A stretch of 64,000 bases of DNA from Laetmonice hystrix. Its lineage: Eukaryota. Of the stretch, positions 12,311 through 24,232 are shown one piece after another. Under the pieces are notes generated by a model that was given only the letters and a program-made list of their open reading frames with translations, was not told where the DNA came from and ran no database searches. The position numbers were made by a program, and so were the translations under genes. The number at the start of each line of letters is the position of its first letter. The first letter of the stretch is position 1. The stretch spans positions 18,414,001-18,478,000 of the forward strand of contig OZ249444.1 of NCBI GenBank assembly GCA_965235115.1. The letters are read 5' to 3'.

Positions 12311-15300
12311 TATTTGTCGTCTCAACCAAAAAGGACTCCATGTTTTATTTATTTCTGAGGATAATAGACCTGAATTGCTTGTTATTTCTAGTCTCTTATA
12401 CCAGCGCATTTCTTTTCTGATAATTAATACGGCCAACAGGGCCACTGAAAGGGAGCTCGGACTCTTATAGAGTGACTTGAGCACGTTGTACAATGGTCAT
12501 TTGAAGGGAATGGAGAGGGCTATTGTACCCTGAGCTTACCCATTGTGACCGCTCCCAACTACCAATTCAGGTCTTGCACCTCGCCACACAATCCCCCTCA
12601 CACATGACCGAGTCGAAGCAAATGAGACATTTTCGCGCAAACTGTGCAAAACTTTACAGCAAATATGGCCGACTGACCGTATAGAATGCCCTTTCGTTCG
12701 AAGTGTGAATAAGCCGATTGCAACAAACCCCCTATTCATGGACACTTCAGTCAGTGTGCTGTGCAGCGTACGCGACCTCACATTGAGCGATATAAATTTC
12801 ATAGATCTCGCTCACCTGCGAGATCCTTTCAAAGTTTTGAGCGCCTAAATCTTTACAACTGAAATGTAACACTTGTGAACAAAACCGCCTATACGACGGA
12901 TTGTGGGCGCCTCGACGCACGCGGCAACGTCTGGGAGAATGCGGCCATTCTGGGTGCACGAGAGCCATTCAGTGCCCTTTTCTAAGAATGCCGGGAGCAA
13001 TTGGAGATCTAAAAGCCACCAGAATAGTTCTCGCTATCGCGAGACTTGCTGAGACTCATGAATACGACGGAAATGGACTCTGTCTCTTTGCATTCTCACT
13101 GACTCTATGGCTGAACCAGTAAGATACACTGCTTGCGTGATGTGGGTTCATAAAATGAATTGCCATATTGAAGTGTATACAAGAGCCCAAAGCTTTGGCT
13201 GGTCATTTCGCCATTGCCCCCATTGAACTCAGTTAGGTTGGCATTTTACAAATGTGTATATATCAAAAGACTCCATTCAGTCTTTTGAGTCAGGTTCTTT
13301 TATGAACCAGATGTCAAAGACATTTCAACATTTCTTAACCATAATGAAGGCCGACCGTTACAATCGCGGGTCGGCAGTGCATCAATATGTGAAGGTAATT
13401 CAAGGCAAGTTAGCCATTGAATGGGCGCAGTTCGAGGCCCAAATGAAAGTGTTCAGCCTTTAGTTGTGACAAAGGGGCCCAGCATAATGGCTCTTATCAT
13501 TTCTGAACAATTCTAAAGGCATTCATTATTCCCACCTCACCATGCGGGTCGCAAGTCGCTGAGAACTTCCATAGCTGGTTGTAAGTTACTTCACAGTCAG
13601 AGGGAAAGTCATGTGTTCAAACTGAGAATAAATGGCCACCTTTGCTTTCCTGAGGGATTGCAGATCACCAATGGGTCTGCCAAAGTCGGTTACTACAGAA
13701 ACGCCAATATATATCTAGAACGCCAATCTACACATTATATAGATACGTATCTACCTAATACGCATTTTAGTACAATATGATGACCATAGTAAGTACGCTA
13801 AGTAGCGATGACACTCATCTCAATGGTCTACGGGTTGGAGGTTAGTGTGCATCCAACACTTCCCACGTTTGTGGTCAATGTATTAGTGGTAACAATAGAT
13901 TACTTTACCCCGCTATTATTTGGAGGTGTCCCGTCGCTCGTTATTCTCATTATCGACACCAACACTTGACTACACATATTAACGAGACCGTCTAAGTGCT
14001 GGACCCCGGCCAAGGTCCGAGCCCACTAAGTGACCCATTCAGTCTGTATACCAAAGGGGATTGTTGGCTGGTGTCAGTAACCAGTGGGTCCAAGACAATG
14101 CTCGCGAGGCTCACATGGAACCTCAAAGGTATATTTGCTCTTGAAGATGTAAAAATAGGAACTGCCCTGGAAGTATTTACACACGCATAAAGTACCTAAG
14201 TGGTGCATGGATGCCCTGAATAGAAACTAAACTGCATGGGGGCACCCACAAAGAATAATCTTTAAAGTAGGTTTTTTTTTTAATTGTTTTTAAAAAAGCT
14301 GTTTTAGAAATTTCGAAAGAAGAATGTAGTAAGGCTCTGGCCCCTGCAGAGGACGAGTGGTAAGATTGTAGGAGGCCTGTATGTAAGATAATTTAGAAAT
14401 CAAATCATATCTCAATCAGAAAAGATTAGAAGAGACGGAAACATTTCGGCTAAGGGTAACATATAATAAATGACATATCATTTGTTTTTATAAGTACATG
14501 AATACTTGAACATATATCAGAAGTATTAGAGTGACGTTATATGGGCCCCCGGACCAGTGGATCAGGCCCTTGACCCAGTGGTTTCTGTTAGAACATTGGC
14601 ACATGGCTGGTGGAAAATGCCGTAACACCTGTGGAGAACATCGAATGTATTTAAAGGACCGACTGCGCATGCACTGTACAGTGATGCTTTGACATACATT
14701 GTTTTGTTCGGGTAAAAATGTGCATTTTAATCAGAACCACAGGTGTATGCACTTGTGCCCTGACAATGTCTGCCCCTAAGGGGCGAGCATATCCTCAGGC
14801 ACAAGTATGCTGGTCAAGTGTATAGGATGCCGCGATGTTTTATTTCTAGAATGAGAGTTTATTTTTTTCGGGCATTCCCATAGCAATTTCATTATTATTC
14901 GTAAAAAAAGGTTCCAGGAAAGCAGTACAAAATGTTGCACAACACCATGCAGGCTTTCTCGACAAAAACATCGATATCGACTTTTGGGCATAAAGGCACA
15001 AGTGAAAGGACAATATTTCCCGACACAACGAGAAGAAAAGTAGTCAAAGGACGACAAAGGCATTTGTTATTTACTTGTAAAAGCTGCAATAGCTTGTTTT
15101 ATAGAATCAGCTGTATTTATGGGATGAAGTCACGTATTTTCTTTGAAATATTGATCTCCCTACTAGTAGCTTTAGTGGTAAATGTTTTGCAAAGTTGCAT
15201 TTTGACTTGGTGTATTCGAGAAAGAAAATAGTTATTAATGCCTGGATATTCTGCGTGGTGGTTCCCTGTTGACGAAATTTAACCGTCCAATAATCAGGTA

Positions 15301-15540
15301 GACGTCACGCTGTGATATAACAATCTGGTATAATAAGATACTATAGGATGCGATTGGATATCATTTAGGAGGCAATCGAGCCATGCCCTGATGGGGCTGA
15401 CGATAAGGTAATGGATTCAGTGGTGATGAAATAACTAGCAGGTTGTTCCGACTGAACCATCTGTTAGATATGTCGGCATACTTATGGCAGACAAAAGACT
15501 GTTGCTGAGATGATGAGCAGGTATAGACAGTTATGACAGT

Positions 15541-15690
15541 GACCCTGGCTGTAGCTCGGTATACAAGTCAGACCCTGGCTGTAGCTCGGTATACAAGTCA
15601 GACCCTGGCTGTAGCTCGGTATACAAGTCAGACCCTGGCTGTAGCTCGGTATACAAGTCAGACCCTGGCTGTAGCTCGGTATACAAGTCA
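15541..15690 (+). repeat. Perfect 30-bp tandem repeat x5
   Basis: gaccctggctgtagctcggtatacaagtca repeated five times with no mismatch. Confidence 0.98.
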
Positions 15691-15920
15691 TTGTCAGATG
15701 TCTGATAAGAAGGTGATTACCTCACACCTTTGCCGTTAACGAACAGGTAGTCATTTCACAATGGCGAGTGGGAAATCCACTCTACACAGTACGTCTATAT
15801 GAGGAGGGGATGACAAAAAGTCACGTAATAGCTGCGGTGGGTGTTATCCTAGCCGACTGCTGAAACACGCGATACAGTATTTGTTTGAAAGGTTAATGAG
15901 CATGTCTTTATAATGGACCC

Positions 15921-16710
15921 GCTGACTGATGAGTATCCATCTTACAGGGCAGTAATACGGCAGTGATGATATGAGTAGTCCATCTAACAGGCCAGTAATA
16001 CGGCAGTGATGATACAGACAATCTGGTTCCGCTGACTGATGAGTAGTCCATCTAACAGGGCAGTAATACGGCAGTGATGATACAGACAATCTGGTTCCGC
16101 TGACTGATGAGTAGTCCATCTAACAGGGCAGTAATACGGCAGTGATGATACAGACAATCTGGTTCCGCTGACTGATGAGTAGTCCATCTAACAGGGCAGT
16201 AATACGGCAGTGATGATACAGACAATCTGGTTCCGCTGACTGATGAGTAGTCCATCTAACAGGGCAGTAATACGGCAGTGATGATACAGACAATCTGGTT
16301 CCGCTGACTGATGAGTAGTCCATCTAACAGGGCAGTAATACGGCAGTGATGATACCGACAACCTGGTTCCGCTGACTGATTGAGTAGTCCATCTAACAGG
16401 CCAGTAATACGGCAGTGATGATACAGACAACCTGCTTCAGCTGACTGATGAGTAGTCCATCTAACAGGGCAGTAATACGGCAGTGATGATACAGACAACC
16501 TGGTTCCGCTGACTGATTGAGTAGTCCATCTAACAGGCCAGTAATACGGCAGTGATGATACAGACAACCTGCTTCAGCTGACTGATGAGTAGTCCATCTA
16601 ACAGGGCAGTAATACGGCAGTGATGATACAGACAACCTGGTTCCGCTGACTGATGAGTAGTCCATCTAACAGGGCAGTAATACGGCAGTGATGATACAGA
16701 CAGTCTGGTT
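15921..16710 (+). repeat. 68-bp tandem repeat, ~11-12 copies, with a 137-bp two-unit higher-order variant
   Basis: Unit gctgactgatgagtagtccatctaacagggcagtaatacggcagtgatgatacagacaatctggttcc. In ~16360-16640 the variants gattgag/ggccag and acctgcttcagctg alternate in pairs. Confidence 0.97.
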
Positions 16711-16920
16711 CATGATATATAAACACATAACAGCAGATAGATACGATCTTAGTGTAGCTATACCTCTGTCGTAGTTACACCATTGGCAGTCCCATTGATA
16801 ATGTCCATTGTAACTCAGCAGTCTGGCTTACAAGGATGCCATGCCGATGCCATGATACTGAGTTTTAACAACTGTATACCGTATTACGACTCGTGTGGCT
16901 GATGAACAGATAATCGGCCG

Positions 16921-18401
16921 AGGATGAGATAATCACGCCATAGCTTTCAGTCTCGCCCTTGCTGACTGCCTAATGGTGAGATCATCACGCCCTAGCTGAC
17001 TGCGTGATAAACCGATAATCACGCCCTGACTGACTGCCCAAGGATGAGATAATCATGCCCTGACTGACTGCCCAAGGATGAGATAATCACGCCCTAACTG
17101 ACTGCCCAAGGATAAGATAATCACGCCCTAACTGACTGCCCAAGGATGAGATAATCACGCCCTGACTGACTGCCCAAGGATGAGATAATCATGCCCCAAC
17201 TGACTGCCCAAGGATGAGATAATCACGCCCTAACTGACTTCCCAAGGATGAGATAATCATGCCCTGACTGACTGCCCAAGGATGAGATAATCACGCCCTA
17301 ACTGACTGCCCAAGGATGAGATAATCATGCCCTGACTGACTGCCCAAGGATGAGATAATCACGCCCTGACTGACTGCCCAAGGATGAGATAATCACGCCC
17401 TGACTGACTGCCCAAGGATGAGATAATCACGCCCTAACTGACTGCCCAAGGATGAGATAATCACGCCCTAACTGACTGCCCAAGGATGAGATAATCACGC
17501 CCTAACTGACTGCCCATAGGATGAGATAATCACGCCCTAACTGACTGCCCAAGGATGAGATAATCATGCCCTAACTGACTGCCCATTGATGAGATAATCA
17601 CGCCCGAACTGACTTCCCGAGGATAAGATAATCACGCCCTAACTGACTGCCCAAGGATGAGATAATCACGCCCTGACTGACTGCCCAAGGATGAGATAAT
17701 CATGCTCTAACTGACTGCTCAAGGATGAGATAATCACGCCCTAACTGACTGCCCAATGGTGAGATAATCATGCCCTAACTGACTGCCCAAGGATGAGATA
17801 ATCACGCCCTAACTGACTGCCCATAGGATGAGATAATCACGCCCTAACTGACTGCCCATAGGATGAGATAATCACCCCCTAACTGACTGCCCATTGATGA
17901 GATAATCACGCCCGAACTGACTTCCCGAGGATAAGATAATCACGCCCGAACTGACTGCCCAAGGATGAGATAATCACGCCCGAACTGACTGCCCAAGGAT
18001 GAGATAATCACGCCCTAACTGACTTCCCAAGGATGAGATAATCATGCCCTAACTGACTGCCCAAGGATGAGATAATCATGCCCTAACTGACTGCCCAATG
18101 ATGAGATAATCACGCCCCAACTGACTGCCCAATGGTGAGATAATCACGCCTTAACTGACTGCCCATGGATGAGATAATCACGCCCTAACTGACTACCATG
18201 GATGAGATAATCACGCCCTAACTGACTTCCCGAGGATAAGATAATCACGCCCTAACTGACTTCCCAAGGATGAGATAATCACGCCCTGACTGACTGCCCA
18301 AGGATGAGATAATCACGCCCTAACTGACTGCCCATAGGATGAGATAATCACGCCCGAACTGACTGCCCAATGATGAGATAATCACACCCTAACTGACTGC
18401 C
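16921..18401 (+). repeat. 34-bp minisatellite, ~43 copies
   Basis: Unit gatgagataatcacgccctaactgactgcccaag, with variants (catg/cacg, cctg/ccta/cccg, 35-bp cccatagg). Regular from ~17007. Confidence 0.97.
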
Positions 18402-21337
18402 TGAATGCACGACGAACCTTAAAGTATTGCTTCTGCTGACTGCATGTCTGATGAACAAATTATAGCCCCATATAGCTGACTTTCTGATGAACAGACCCAC
18501 ACAATGTCATTAATATCTGATGAACAGATAATCCATACCATGTTTGACTACCTGAAGAACAAGATGATCGCGGCGGAACCGACTGGCTGTTGAACAGATC
18601 CCTAATGCTGCCACAGTTGGCTGACTGATGAACAGATAATCACAACATACCAGCTTACTGATAAACACATATAGTTACTCTCCACTTCTGAAATATACCT
18701 GTATGTATGCAAAGACGGCAACCTGACACAAAATCCTCCCCAGCCCTTTTGAAATGGAAAGGCGCACCTTGTATGAGATATCCCCGTAACAAAGGTGAGC
18801 AAACAATGTGTGATATTGGCGAGACCTCGGCCATGTTTCCTTGGGATATCTCGCATTGTCCGCAGTGATCTTCGTCTTATAGTAGAAGAACGAACTTCCT
18901 TTTTAACTTGGAAAGTTATCTTTCAGCAAAGGAAGAAAGACTGATTGTGCGTGGATAGAGTGAATTGACACTCGTCTTACGGATTTACCGAATATTGACA
19001 TTGGGCCGACACGGATTTAGCGAATAAACTGTAATTGATTACTTTTATATACCGGTCGTGTATATCGGTTGTCATTAGGCCAGGTGTGAGCAAGGCACAA
19101 AGAGAATCGCTATATATGTTTGTAAGTATGTCGGTATTAATATTCGCTGGGAGTATCGTATGTAAATATTGGATAGTGGGTGTGTGTCACAATATATTCC
19201 TGCGGAAGATTTACCGTGTAGAATTGAGGGTCAGGGGGTGATCTTTGCATGTATCTATAGCTGTGTATATATGAATGTATATATGCACGTATGTATGCAT
19301 GCATCATTCTGTGAATCGTTTTGATTACACGTATAGCCCTATATGTGTCTAAACTTGGCACGTTAAATTTTTTATCAGGTTATCTTCCCAACAGCAATCC
19401 GTTCTATGAAACCAGTTTCTTGGTGACGGAACCTACGATTGCCCGACCAATAGAGTATGATTGTTATGATAATGAGGAGGAGGAAAGTAATAACGATCAT
19501 GATGATTGGGAAGCAAAAAGATATACCGAAGTCATTAGTTGGCTCATATGACATATCTTTGAAAAAAACGGAATAATTTTGTCCTTAGAACATATTAGGG
19601 GCAATTCTATGTGTGCGTTTGGGTGTGTATGCATGTACATTGTATACCTGTATGTAGGGAGGTAAATTATGTAGGTATCTAGGTATCCTTAGGTTATGAG
19701 ATATGCGTCTATAGGTAGGTCATATTGTATGCTTGTAATGCATGTACGCACGCCTGTAATCGGTGCATCAATGATTATGAAGGACTATCCCTTCCAGATA
19801 TCTGCACGGTGGGGTCCTCTATCTCATTTCGTTTAATACCAATAAAACAAAGAAGGATAAGGGAACAACTTTATGTTCTTTTTCATTTTTGTATTGAGAC
19901 TTTTCAATTCTCTTCGTAAAATGCAAACAAATGTAACAACAAAGTCCAAAGTACAGAAAACATGAAGTAATTCACAGAACATACGTTACATCTCTCAATC
20001 TGTCGGAGCTAAGTCAGCACCATCTTATGTAATACAAGGGAAATACCGGGAATCTTACCACTCTTAGACAGCTTCTGTTTATGTATGTAACATATACATG
20101 TACACTTATACCTGTATATGTCTATAACACCAACAGGTCCAGTCCATCAGAGATACGGCTCCCACCAGGATCACCACTTCCTTATACATACCGGACTTAC
20201 CAGCACACGGTAAGACTAGTCTTAAAACTAAGAATGATTGGCGCTCCCTAAGAGTACAATATCTTCTCCTGAAGAAATTTATCTCATCAGTAGCATCCCA
20301 AAATCACCAACAAAAGGGTCGTCAACTTGAGTACGTATTATGAACCAGCAATGCCTGACATAGGAGGGAGCGCTCGAGCCAATAGTTATAATAATGTCTT
20401 TCGTCGTGCTTATAATGGGACAATTCGACTCTTCTTCAAGTCAGAGTTATCTGAGGAATGAATTTAACTTTACCAAAGACCATATGCCATCGGCGTATTT
20501 CAGACACGTTCTAGTAAGGCTCCCTCGCATTGACGTACATTATGTACAATTTGCTCTTTATACATGAACCTCATGAAAATACACGTGTAACGATTCTTCT
20601 ATGTAATAAACCCGACAAAAAATTATGACCAATCAGTAAGTCAAAGCACACAATGGTTACATAAATACAGCGCTGTCGAGGCCAAGGAGACCCTCTCACA
20701 AGTTCACGTAGAAGTACCTCTGTTACAACCTATATTACTGAAATATGTACAAAGTTCACATATACACTATACATTGGATACTTTACACGGCCAAGCGTTT
20801 TGATGTATGTACCCGGTAGACTTTCTGGTCTGTAAATCAAAGCACTTTAAGTAACGTACAAATTAGACGAGGTTAAAGTTTCCATACCTGAGGGCATGAG
20901 AAACATCATTCTCGCCATCCATGGTCAACTTTATGTTAAGCAAAATTACTCGGATCACAGCATCAGAATGTTCCTCATGCATTCATATAACTTTTAGATA
21001 AATAATTGCTATCCTGCACTTCTAATTTCCACCAATATAATATCTGTACTAACCACGGATGTTTACAGAAGTATGGTTTCGTCACTGCCATGTTGGAACT
21101 GATTGATAGGAAACCGGCATTTCGCCGGCGAAGTACTTTAGCCGAGGTTTTGTATTTTAAAGAGATGAAACATGCATATCGTAACTCACGTTACTGTTGG
21201 GAAGGTCCACTCAGGGCCAGCTGCATGTCAGCACAGTCTATGCTGTATTGCTCCCGCTTTCATGCATGGCATGTTTATAAGTCTATGTATGATTTACAAC
21301 TCACGCCCCATGGACGAAACACAGAGGGCCACTTGAA

Positions 21338-21403
21338 GGTGTGCATTCTGTCGTTAGGGGTGCACACGGTGTGCACTCTGTCGTTAGGGGTGCACACGGT
21401 GTG
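21338..21403 (+). repeat. 30-bp tandem duplication with an internal inverted repeat
   Basis: ggtgtgca(t/c)tctgtcgttaggggtgcacac x2 plus a partial third copy. gtgtgcac/gtgcacac form an 8-bp stem in copy 2. Confidence 0.85.
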
Positions 21404-22226
21404 GCAAGGTAAATGGTGAACGGTTGGACGGACGGGAGGGAGCCAAGTGTTGTTGAATCCCGTGTCTCCTTATATGTTCTCCCACTCCCCTTGTCAGTGT
21501 TGAGAGTCAGTGACCAGGCTGTACTTAAAGTCCACATGACCTAGTTCCGGGGGCTATCTATACACGTCAGTTAATCTGGCTTTGTCCAGGTGAACCCAGC
21601 TCACCGTCTTTGAAGTGACCACTACACGATATGACATGGACTCACGCGTCCACTTCGTCGAATTATTAGTACTAGTATAACGATAACATAACAATTTGAA
21701 ATTGTCCACAAAGTTTGATGCATTTTCTGTATGCCAACTTATAGTACCATGCGGGATGCGTCCTGTCCTCCGGGATGCAGGAACCAATGTCTTTTAATTT
21801 GTTAGCACCGGATACTGATACGGGTAAACTGTGAATAGCGGAGGAATTGTTCGCTGATAACGGCTGGCGAGCGTTTTTCGTGCGCCCCCGCCTTCTGTCT
21901 CTTGGCGCCTGACGACGACAGATCCGCGCAGACGTCGGGTTTGGTTACGTGTGGAAGTTCTCTTGTTGATGCGACCAGCATCATGTCAAAATGGTTGCAG
22001 TACCCGCCATGTGTCCCGGACAGACTTCGCGAACACTAGGCTTAGTGGTGACGTATCTATATGGATTTGTTAGTTGTGTTTCATTGGCAGTTGATATGAC
22101 AGTACTTACAGCCAACAAGTCATCATCACCCGTCAGTTTTATCGAGCAGAATCATACAAACACGAGCTTACCTTAAAATAGTTATCTGTGCATGCAGAGG
22201 ATGAGTTAATTTCTTAGCAAGTCTAA

Positions 22227-23102
22227 TTATACGGTGCCTTGTAAAGAGGGCATCCGTGATCGATAATGGTCCTCGGGTTTCACCAGCACGTACGCGACGG
22301 GTCGGTGAATGTCCTGGGCGGCGGCAGCGGCGGCGGCCGGCATGTAGCCCGGGGGACAGCACAGGGGCAGGTACTGGCCGGGCAGCCCCGAGTGGCTGTG
22401 GGCCGCCGGGGGAAGGCCCGTGAACGGCGACCCGTACCCGTACATGCTACTGGCCGCGCTCACAGCCAAGTCGCTCGCTCTCAGAGAACTCTCCGCCAGT
22501 TTGGAGGCAGATTCCATGTGGGAATAAAAGGAAGAGGTCGAGGGTGGAAGCCAAGCCCGAGCCGCCTTTTCGTTCGCTGCCATAGCAAGAGTGTCCGCTG
22601 CCGACTGGGACATCCCCGAAAATCCTTGAGGCAGTCCAACTCCCATGCCCAGAGCGCCCATTCCCATACCTAGCGACCCACCGTAGCCGGGTAGCATTGG
22701 TAAGGGAAAGGCATACTTGTCCTTCTTCAGCAGCGACTTGGGTTTCCGGCGCGGCCTGTACTTGTAATCCGGGTGTTCCTTCATATGAAGGGCCCGCAAC
22801 CGCTTGGCCTCGTCAATAAATGGACGCTTTTGTTCGTCAGTCAGTAACTTCCATTCCCCTCCGAGCCGCTTGGAGATCTCCGAGTTGTGCATTTTCGGGT
22901 TTTCTTGTGCCATTTTCCTGCGCTGTCCTCTCGACCACACCATGAAGGCGTTCATGGGTCGCTTGACGTGGTCTCCTGAAGACGAGGAAGTCTTGCTGCC
23001 GCCGGTTGGCGATGACAGAGGCGGCGACATGCTGCTCTGTGACATAGCAGCCTGGGACATCATGTGAACAGCATTGGCCTGGGACAGGGAGACGGACTCC
23101 AT
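22227..23102 (-). CDS. SoxB2: SoxB2-group (Sox14/Sox21-like) HMG-box transcription factor, 291 aa, uninterrupted CDS
   Basis: The translation contains a complete Sox HMG box ([44 protein letters not shown]...[12 protein letters not shown], approx. nt 22737-22973) followed by the SoxB group motif [17 protein letters not shown] and RRKPK are B2-type (B1 has DRVKRPM and RRKTK). The start ATG is in strong context (gacATGg). There is a ~43-aa Ser/Met-rich N-terminal extension and an Ala/Pro/Gly/Tyr-rich C-terminus. Confidence 0.97.
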   Translation of the reverse strand: MESVSLSQANAVHMMSQAAMSQSSMSPPLSSPTGGSKTSSSSGDHVKRPMNAFMVWSRGQRRKMAQENPKMHNSEISKRLGGEWKLLTDEQKRPFIDEAKRLRALHMKEHPDYKYRPRRKPKSLLKKDKYAFPLPMLPGYGGSLGMGMGALGMGVGLPQGFSGMSQSAADTLAMAANEKAARAWLPPSTSSFYSHMESASKLAESSLRASDLAVSAASSMYGYGSPFTGLPPAAHSHSGLPGQYLPLCCPPGYMPAAAAAAAQDIHRPVAYVLVKPEDHYRSRMPSLQGTV

Positions 23103-23107
23103 GTCAT
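23060..23107 (-). other. Out-of-frame uORF overlapping the SoxB2 start ([15 protein letters not shown])
   Basis: Minus strand reads ctttATGacATGgag. The upstream ATG at 23107 runs 15 codons to TGA at 23062-23060, which overlaps the in-frame ATG-ATG (Met14/Met15) of SoxB2. Confidence 0.5.
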
Positions 23108-23554
23108 AAAGTGAGGACGCCAGCTTGGTGCCGAGTGGGATCCCTCAGATCAAACGATAACGTCAGTAGATGTCAGAGTCGGTGGCGACCCCCGTCTTGT
23201 GAAGATGATCCCGCGCAAAGCGTTCCTTGAGAGAAGATTTCAAATGTATGTCACTCGCCTTGATTGTCACTGAGTGTTGTTAAAGCGGCGGTCGCCGTGC
23301 GGATGTACGGCTCGGTTGGTCGTCTTGAGTTCTCCCGTACACTACCACTGTAGACGGCCGTCAAACGCGAGGTTAGGACGATCAGCTGTCCAACAAACAC
23401 AGCTGCCAAAACACACAACCTGGCTGACCCACAGTTCGTGCAGCATGTGCCTTATTACTTGGTGATGGTGGCCTATTCACCGCCACGATCCTCGAGTCTG
23501 ACGTCGGGCGAGCAGAGTGTCTCAATAAGGTGCTGTTCCTACTCACACTCCATG

Positions 23555-23760
23555 CAGTACTGACACGCGGTTTCACTCACACCCAAACACATTTATTACC
23601 GCTCAATACATTTGCAAACAGCGATGTCGTCTGCCGCCAATGAAAGCGCCGCTCAGAGTGAAGCCCCGCCCCAACCATTGTGTTCTCGCTATGATTGGCG
23701 CTTCATTCACACGCACATAGCCGCTTTGATTGGCTGATCTAGGTCACGTGACCTCAGTTG
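23555..23760 (-). promoter_or_regulatory. SoxB2 proximal promoter
   Basis: Minus-strand order: perfect 14-bp palindromic E-box AGGTCACGTGACCT (23741-23754); AGCCAATCA CCAAT box (23729-23733); second CCAAT (23694-23698); Sox-type CCATTGT (23675-23681, plus strand); GC box GGGGCGGGGC (23663-23672); reversed CCAAT (23637-23641); TATA-like TAATAAAT (23591-23598); TCAGT initiator (23559-23563). A TSS near 23561 is inferred, about 460 nt upstream of the ATG. Confidence 0.75.
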
Positions 23761-24218
23761 TCTCATTACTCATGCAGCACATCAGGAGAATGGCGATCAC
23801 TGAAAGATAGAGCAAAATGTCGGCTCATTATTGCTGCAAATATAGGTTATACGCCGATTTGAAGAATCATTTTAGATTCCAATAGCCGTGAAAGGATTTC
23901 TGAACCTATTTGATTGCGGCGCTGAGGCAATAGGAGATGGGTTAAACGTTTTGTTGCTATAGCAGCCGGTTAAAGAGGACGCGAGACGACCCATATGCTT
24001 CCTGCAGCGTTCTTCCCCTGCCGGTAGGTGTTTTAACTATCAGCTCTTTAATCACCATTTGTATGACGTAAGACTTTGAACACGTGCTAATATTAAGCAG
24101 ATATATGCCATCACAAGGCGGGTAGTACTTGAGATTAAATGACATTGCGTTTATTGTTCCTGATATTATAGAAGGAATAAATCGCGATATAATCAAATCA
24201 CCTCTGTTTCGCCTGTCC

Positions 24219-24232
24219 ACACCAGAGGGCGT
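24219..24232 (+). promoter_or_regulatory. CTCF-like motif just upstream of the SoxB2 promoter
   Basis: ACACCAGAGGGCGT vs CCASYAGRKGGCRS (12/14). Confidence 0.45.

Noticed and set aside
15482-16665. Series of near-identical ORFs (MDYSSVSGTRL…, MTCIPSYSQGL…)
   Set aside because: Translations of the 30-bp and 68-bp tandem arrays.
15921-18401. CRISPR-like regular repeats
   Set aside because: The units are contiguous with no unique spacers, there are no cas genes, and the context is eukaryotic.
18700-18900. Minus-strand YYKTKI…YPKETW peptide resembling the linker of CR1/L2 ORF2
   Set aside because: Single weak motif, with no flanking endonuclease or RT sequence identified.
22266-23067. Plus-strand 135-aa and 87-aa ORFs antisense to SoxB2
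   Set aside because: Shadow ORFs of a GC-rich coding strand, with no recognisable domain.
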